A stretch of 20,723 nt of DNA from a virus. The DNA lies in the UHGV virus genome UHGV-0278151. One strand, given 5' to 3'. The notes under the pieces are model-generated. The model was not told the DNA's origin and searched no databases. It worked only from the letters and a program-made list of their open reading frames with translations. A program made the translations under genes and the position numbers. Below are positions 18,248 through 20,723 of this stretch, in pieces (position 1 is the stretch's first letter; each line of letters begins with the position of its first letter).

Positions 18248-18276
18248 AATATATGCCTTTTAATCTACTTTTGCAA
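18248..18276 (-). promoter_or_regulatory. Candidate late promoter pR' overlapping the 3' end of the Q-like gene
   Basis: The minus strand has TTGCAA (18276-18271), a 17-nt spacer and TATATT (18253-18248). The predicted +1 is the A at 18241. The initial transcribed region contains cTGaTATTTT, a -10-like element of the kind that causes sigma70-dependent pausing at lambdoid pR' promoters. Confidence 0.5.
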
Positions 18277-18949
18277 CACTTTGCTTTGAAAATGCCGTCT
18301 TTTGTTCTGAACGTGTTCTCATCACAAACAATAAAGCCTCACTATCCAGCCGGTGGAAAATGTGTTTCATTGCAACCCAGTGACCAGTAAATGTTTTGGA
18401 CCAGTTTTTTGTTGTTACTCCCGCCAGTAATGCCAGTTCCTGATATTCATAAGTTTCACGCCCAGCTAGCTCACTCTTCACATCCTGTGCCGCCAGCCAG
18501 ATTAATTTTTTCAGGCGCTCCCGTGTTTTCTCCGCAATTTTTCTGGTACCAGATTGCGCGTTAAATTCATTCCACGCCCACTGTGTTATCGCAATCTGGT
18601 GTTCCCAGCAAATGCTGCCGCTGTAACACCACAGCAACCAGGCTTTATAGTGTTCTTCAAGAGACAGAACCGCCCGTCGCCATGATGATGTCGAAAACTC
18701 AACCTGACTTACCAGAGGAATTGACGTCCTCTTTGCCAGCGATTGTTTCCCCGGGATTGGTGGATTATCCCGCGTTATCATTTTTCCGGTCACTTCATCG
18801 CGGTACCGGATTTTTTTACGCCTGTAACGCCCTGTATCAAACATGGCATTCTCCTGCCAGGCTTCAAGCTGACCTTTTGTTGCCCCACTCAAATCGGCGG
18901 TGGCAATAATGAGCTGCTCACGAACAAACTGTAAATACTGGTTATTCAT
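18260..18949 (-). CDS. Late-gene antiterminator Q, QuuQ-like long form (229 aa)
   Basis: It sits directly after rusA with an ATGA stop/start overlap at 18946-18949, and GGAG lies 5 nt upstream. A promoter and terminator follow it. The size and the DUF968-Q adjacency match Qin ydfU-quuQ. The sequence is MNNQYLQFVREQLIIATADLSGATKGQLEAWQENAMFD...EEHYKAWLLWCYSGS... The family assignment is from memory and position only. Confidence 0.55.
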   Translation of the reverse strand: MNNQYLQFVREQLIIATADLSGATKGQLEAWQENAMFDTGRYRRKKIRYRDEVTGKMITRDNPPIPGKQSLAKRTSIPLVSQVEFSTSSWRRAVLSLEEHYKAWLLWCYSGSICWEHQIAITQWAWNEFNAQSGTRKIAEKTRERLKKLIWLAAQDVKSELAGRETYEYQELALLAGVTTKNWSKTFTGHWVAMKHIFHRLDSEALLFVMRTRSEQKTAFSKQSVAKVD

Positions 18950-19305
18950 GCGCACTCCAGCCCTGTGATTTTTATCCCCAACCGACCACCAGGAACGACC
19001 TGACCGCGCACAATATTGATTTCATCAAACTGCTCGTCGTCGATAAGCAGTCCCGCATACGTCAGCGCATCCAGCGGTGCTTTCAGAATATTGTCCAGGT
19101 CACGACGGCGCTTATCCGGCGGCTCTGCAATGATCTTTATCGCCAGCCTTCCGGACAGGTTTAATTTCAGCCGCTGCTGGCGAACAATAAGCGCCACATC
19201 ACGGCGATAACGCTCACCGGCTTTTGATACAAAATATGTGCTGCCACGACGACGCCAGTAGGTGTTCACCGTCGGCGGGTAAGGCAAAACAAACTCTATA
19301 CGCAT
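18946..19305 (-). CDS. rusA: Holliday junction resolvase RusA
   Basis: 119 aa, MRIEFVLPYPPTVNTYWRRRGSTYFVSKAGERYRRDVALIV...PPDKRRRDLDNILKAPLDALTYAGLLIDDEQ... It carries the conserved P-P-S/T-x-N-x-Y and DRRRRDLDN motifs of RusA. Confidence 0.9.
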   Translation of the reverse strand: MRIEFVLPYPPTVNTYWRRRGSTYFVSKAGERYRRDVALIVRQQRLKLNLSGRLAIKIIAEPPDKRRRDLDNILKAPLDALTYAGLLIDDEQFDEINIVRGQVVPGGRLGIKITGLECA

Positions 19306-19317
19306 CAGTAACCTCTT

Positions 19318-20364
19318 TTACCCGAGCACGCCGGTTGCAAAGGCGCGATCAAGAAAACGAAAAATTAAATCAATCTGGGAACCATGCTTTTCTTCGAACG
19401 CCAGCGGATCCGCATGAAGCTCGTTGTGATGCTCCCGACACAGCGGTAGCGTGAAAATATCGTGGGATTTTGTCCCTATTCCGCCCTGACCATGACCAAT
19501 CAGGTGATGGGGATCGTCGGCTGGCTTACCACAACACGCACACGGCTGTGTCTTTACCCAGCGCGTATATTTCTCATTTACCCAACGGCGACGTTTAGGT
19601 CGCTTCATGAAAGATTCCGGAGACTCCGGATCAACAGCAATGCTGACCACCGTCTTTTCCTGTGGTGGGTTTTGCTGGTGGGCGTGAGGCAGCGGCGCAA
19701 GATTTTTTGTGCGCTGCTTCAGTATGCTGATGGCGGTCTGCTCTCCCGGTACGATGTCGCTTTCGCGGTACACCGAGCGAATTTTTTCCGCACGTAACCC
19801 CAGAGAACGACGTAATACTACCTCCGGTAGTGCGTCCGCCACCTGATTGCAGACAGCCCACCAGGATAATTCAGCCAGCGATAATTCCCGCTCCTGTGTG
19901 CCATTCATTGCATGGCGCATGACGTCAATCATCCATGCTGACAGGTTTTGGTGAGCAAGTTGCTCAAGTGATTCGGAGGACTGGTCACGCAACTGGTTGT
20001 CACAGTGCCAGCACAACACCATCGCGCCAGCACCGTAACGATGTATGACGGTTTCGCTGTGATGGTAATCACCATGAGGCCACTGGCAGGATTTAATATG
20101 GCGCAACAGCCAGTCAGACAATGCACCAGCACCACCAGCAGCACGAATTACCCGTGCGTTACTGAAAAACGGCAGCAATGTTTTGTCTTCCACCAGCGGC
20201 TGGCGAGCGGCAGGAACGACCCCGGACGGCAGATTACGCATGCTTTTCGGTTCCGGCTCCACCAGTACCCGGGTATTGTGGAATACCGGCATGGATTCAC
20301 GGCCCGGCTTAACGACCACCAGCCCAAGTTCCGGTACCAGAACAGGTCGAAGTAATACCCGCAC
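19318..20364 (-). CDS. DUF968 family protein (YdfU-like) with C-terminal HNH-like zinc motif
   Basis: 348 aa, starting at the GTG at 20364 with GGAGG 4 nt upstream. The C-terminus CACCGKPADDPHHLIGHGQGGIGTKSHDIFTLPLCREHHNELH has a CxxC...HH...CxxHHxxxH pattern. The size and the position before rusA/Q match Qin YdfU. Confidence 0.7.
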   Translation of the reverse strand: MRVLLRPVLVPELGLVVVKPGRESMPVFHNTRVLVEPEPKSMRNLPSGVVPAARQPLVEDKTLLPFFSNARVIRAAGGAGALSDWLLRHIKSCQWPHGDYHHSETVIHRYGAGAMVLCWHCDNQLRDQSSESLEQLAHQNLSAWMIDVMRHAMNGTQERELSLAELSWWAVCNQVADALPEVVLRRSLGLRAEKIRSVYRESDIVPGEQTAISILKQRTKNLAPLPHAHQQNPPQEKTVVSIAVDPESPESFMKRPKRRRWVNEKYTRWVKTQPCACCGKPADDPHHLIGHGQGGIGTKSHDIFTLPLCREHHNELHADPLAFEEKHGSQIDLIFRFLDRAFATGVLG

Positions 20365-20365
20365 G

Positions 20366-20723
20366 TTACCTCCAGATGCGTTGCTGGAATGTACGGGACG
20401 GACGCGGTGGGCGTTCGGAGTAAGGCAATCTGACTGAGATTATCCAGTGACGGTAGTCGAGACTAAGGGCTTTCTTAACCTCGTATCCGGAGCTTAAGTT
20501 GCACGCCATTGGGTGGGTTAAGCATAAATGTAGGTCGTTGTCGATAACTTCTTTTTTTGCCCAGCGATGGATGCTGCCGTCAATGTTTCCGGCATCCACA
20601 TCACCAGGCCAGAGAGCGTAGGCCAGTTCGTCATCCAGTGTTTTCCATGTCTGCTTGTATTCGCGATGAATGGCAGCAATGACCGGGCTGATTTTTCCTG
20701 TTGAATTTTCAGTGTACTGTTGA
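20366..20723 (-). CDS. Hypothetical nin-region protein, C-terminal part (gene continues beyond the window)
   Basis: The minus-strand frame is open from the window edge: QQYTENSTGKISPVIAAIHREYKQTWKTLDDELAYALWPGDVDAGNIDGSIHRWAKKEVIDNDLHL...RTFQQRIWR*. The stop lies 1 nt before the DUF968 start. The ATG in the track at 20599 is internal. I do not recognise the family. Confidence 0.5.
   Translation of the reverse strand, partial: QQYTENSTGKISPVIAAIHREYKQTWKTLDDELAYALWPGDVDAGNIDGSIHRWAKKEVIDNDLHLCLTHPMACNLSSGYEVKKALSLDYRHWIISVRLPYSERPPRPSRTFQQRIWR

Overview
The window is the late region of a lambda-like (lambdoid) enterobacterial prophage, and every credible gene lies on the minus strand. Protein identifications come from my memory of lambda and related proteins, not from a search. 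Reading the minus strand (window right to left), the order is:
- End of the nin region: a partial ORF, a DUF968/HNH-like protein and RusA.
- A QuuQ-type Q antiterminator with a candidate pR'/tR' pair.
- An AT-rich accessory island of about 2.3 kb. It holds an orphan PemK/MazF-fold gene, a strong promoter driving a small structured RNA, a tRNA-Gly(UCC)-like gene whose acceptor stem cannot pair, an oppositely oriented sRNA-like unit, and a TerB-like protein coupled to a 50-aa membrane protein.
- A non-lambda lysis cassette: two holin-like proteins, an M15 peptidase endolysin and a lone 60-aa lipoprotein.
- A second accessory slot, then cos, which has lambda-like flanks but an altered 12-mer and non-lambda cosB repeats.
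- Near-lambda Nu1-A-W-B-C/Nu3-D-E-FI-FII-Z-U-V-G/GT-H-M.

Gene L is broken at about codon 79 by a head-to-head junction with an inverted piece of its own C-terminal half. The plus-strand ORFs in the track are antisense shadows of the GC-rich structural genes. The best candidates for undescribed biology are the separately insulated modules between Q and the holin (15931-18276) and the slot between lysis and cos (13812-14572).
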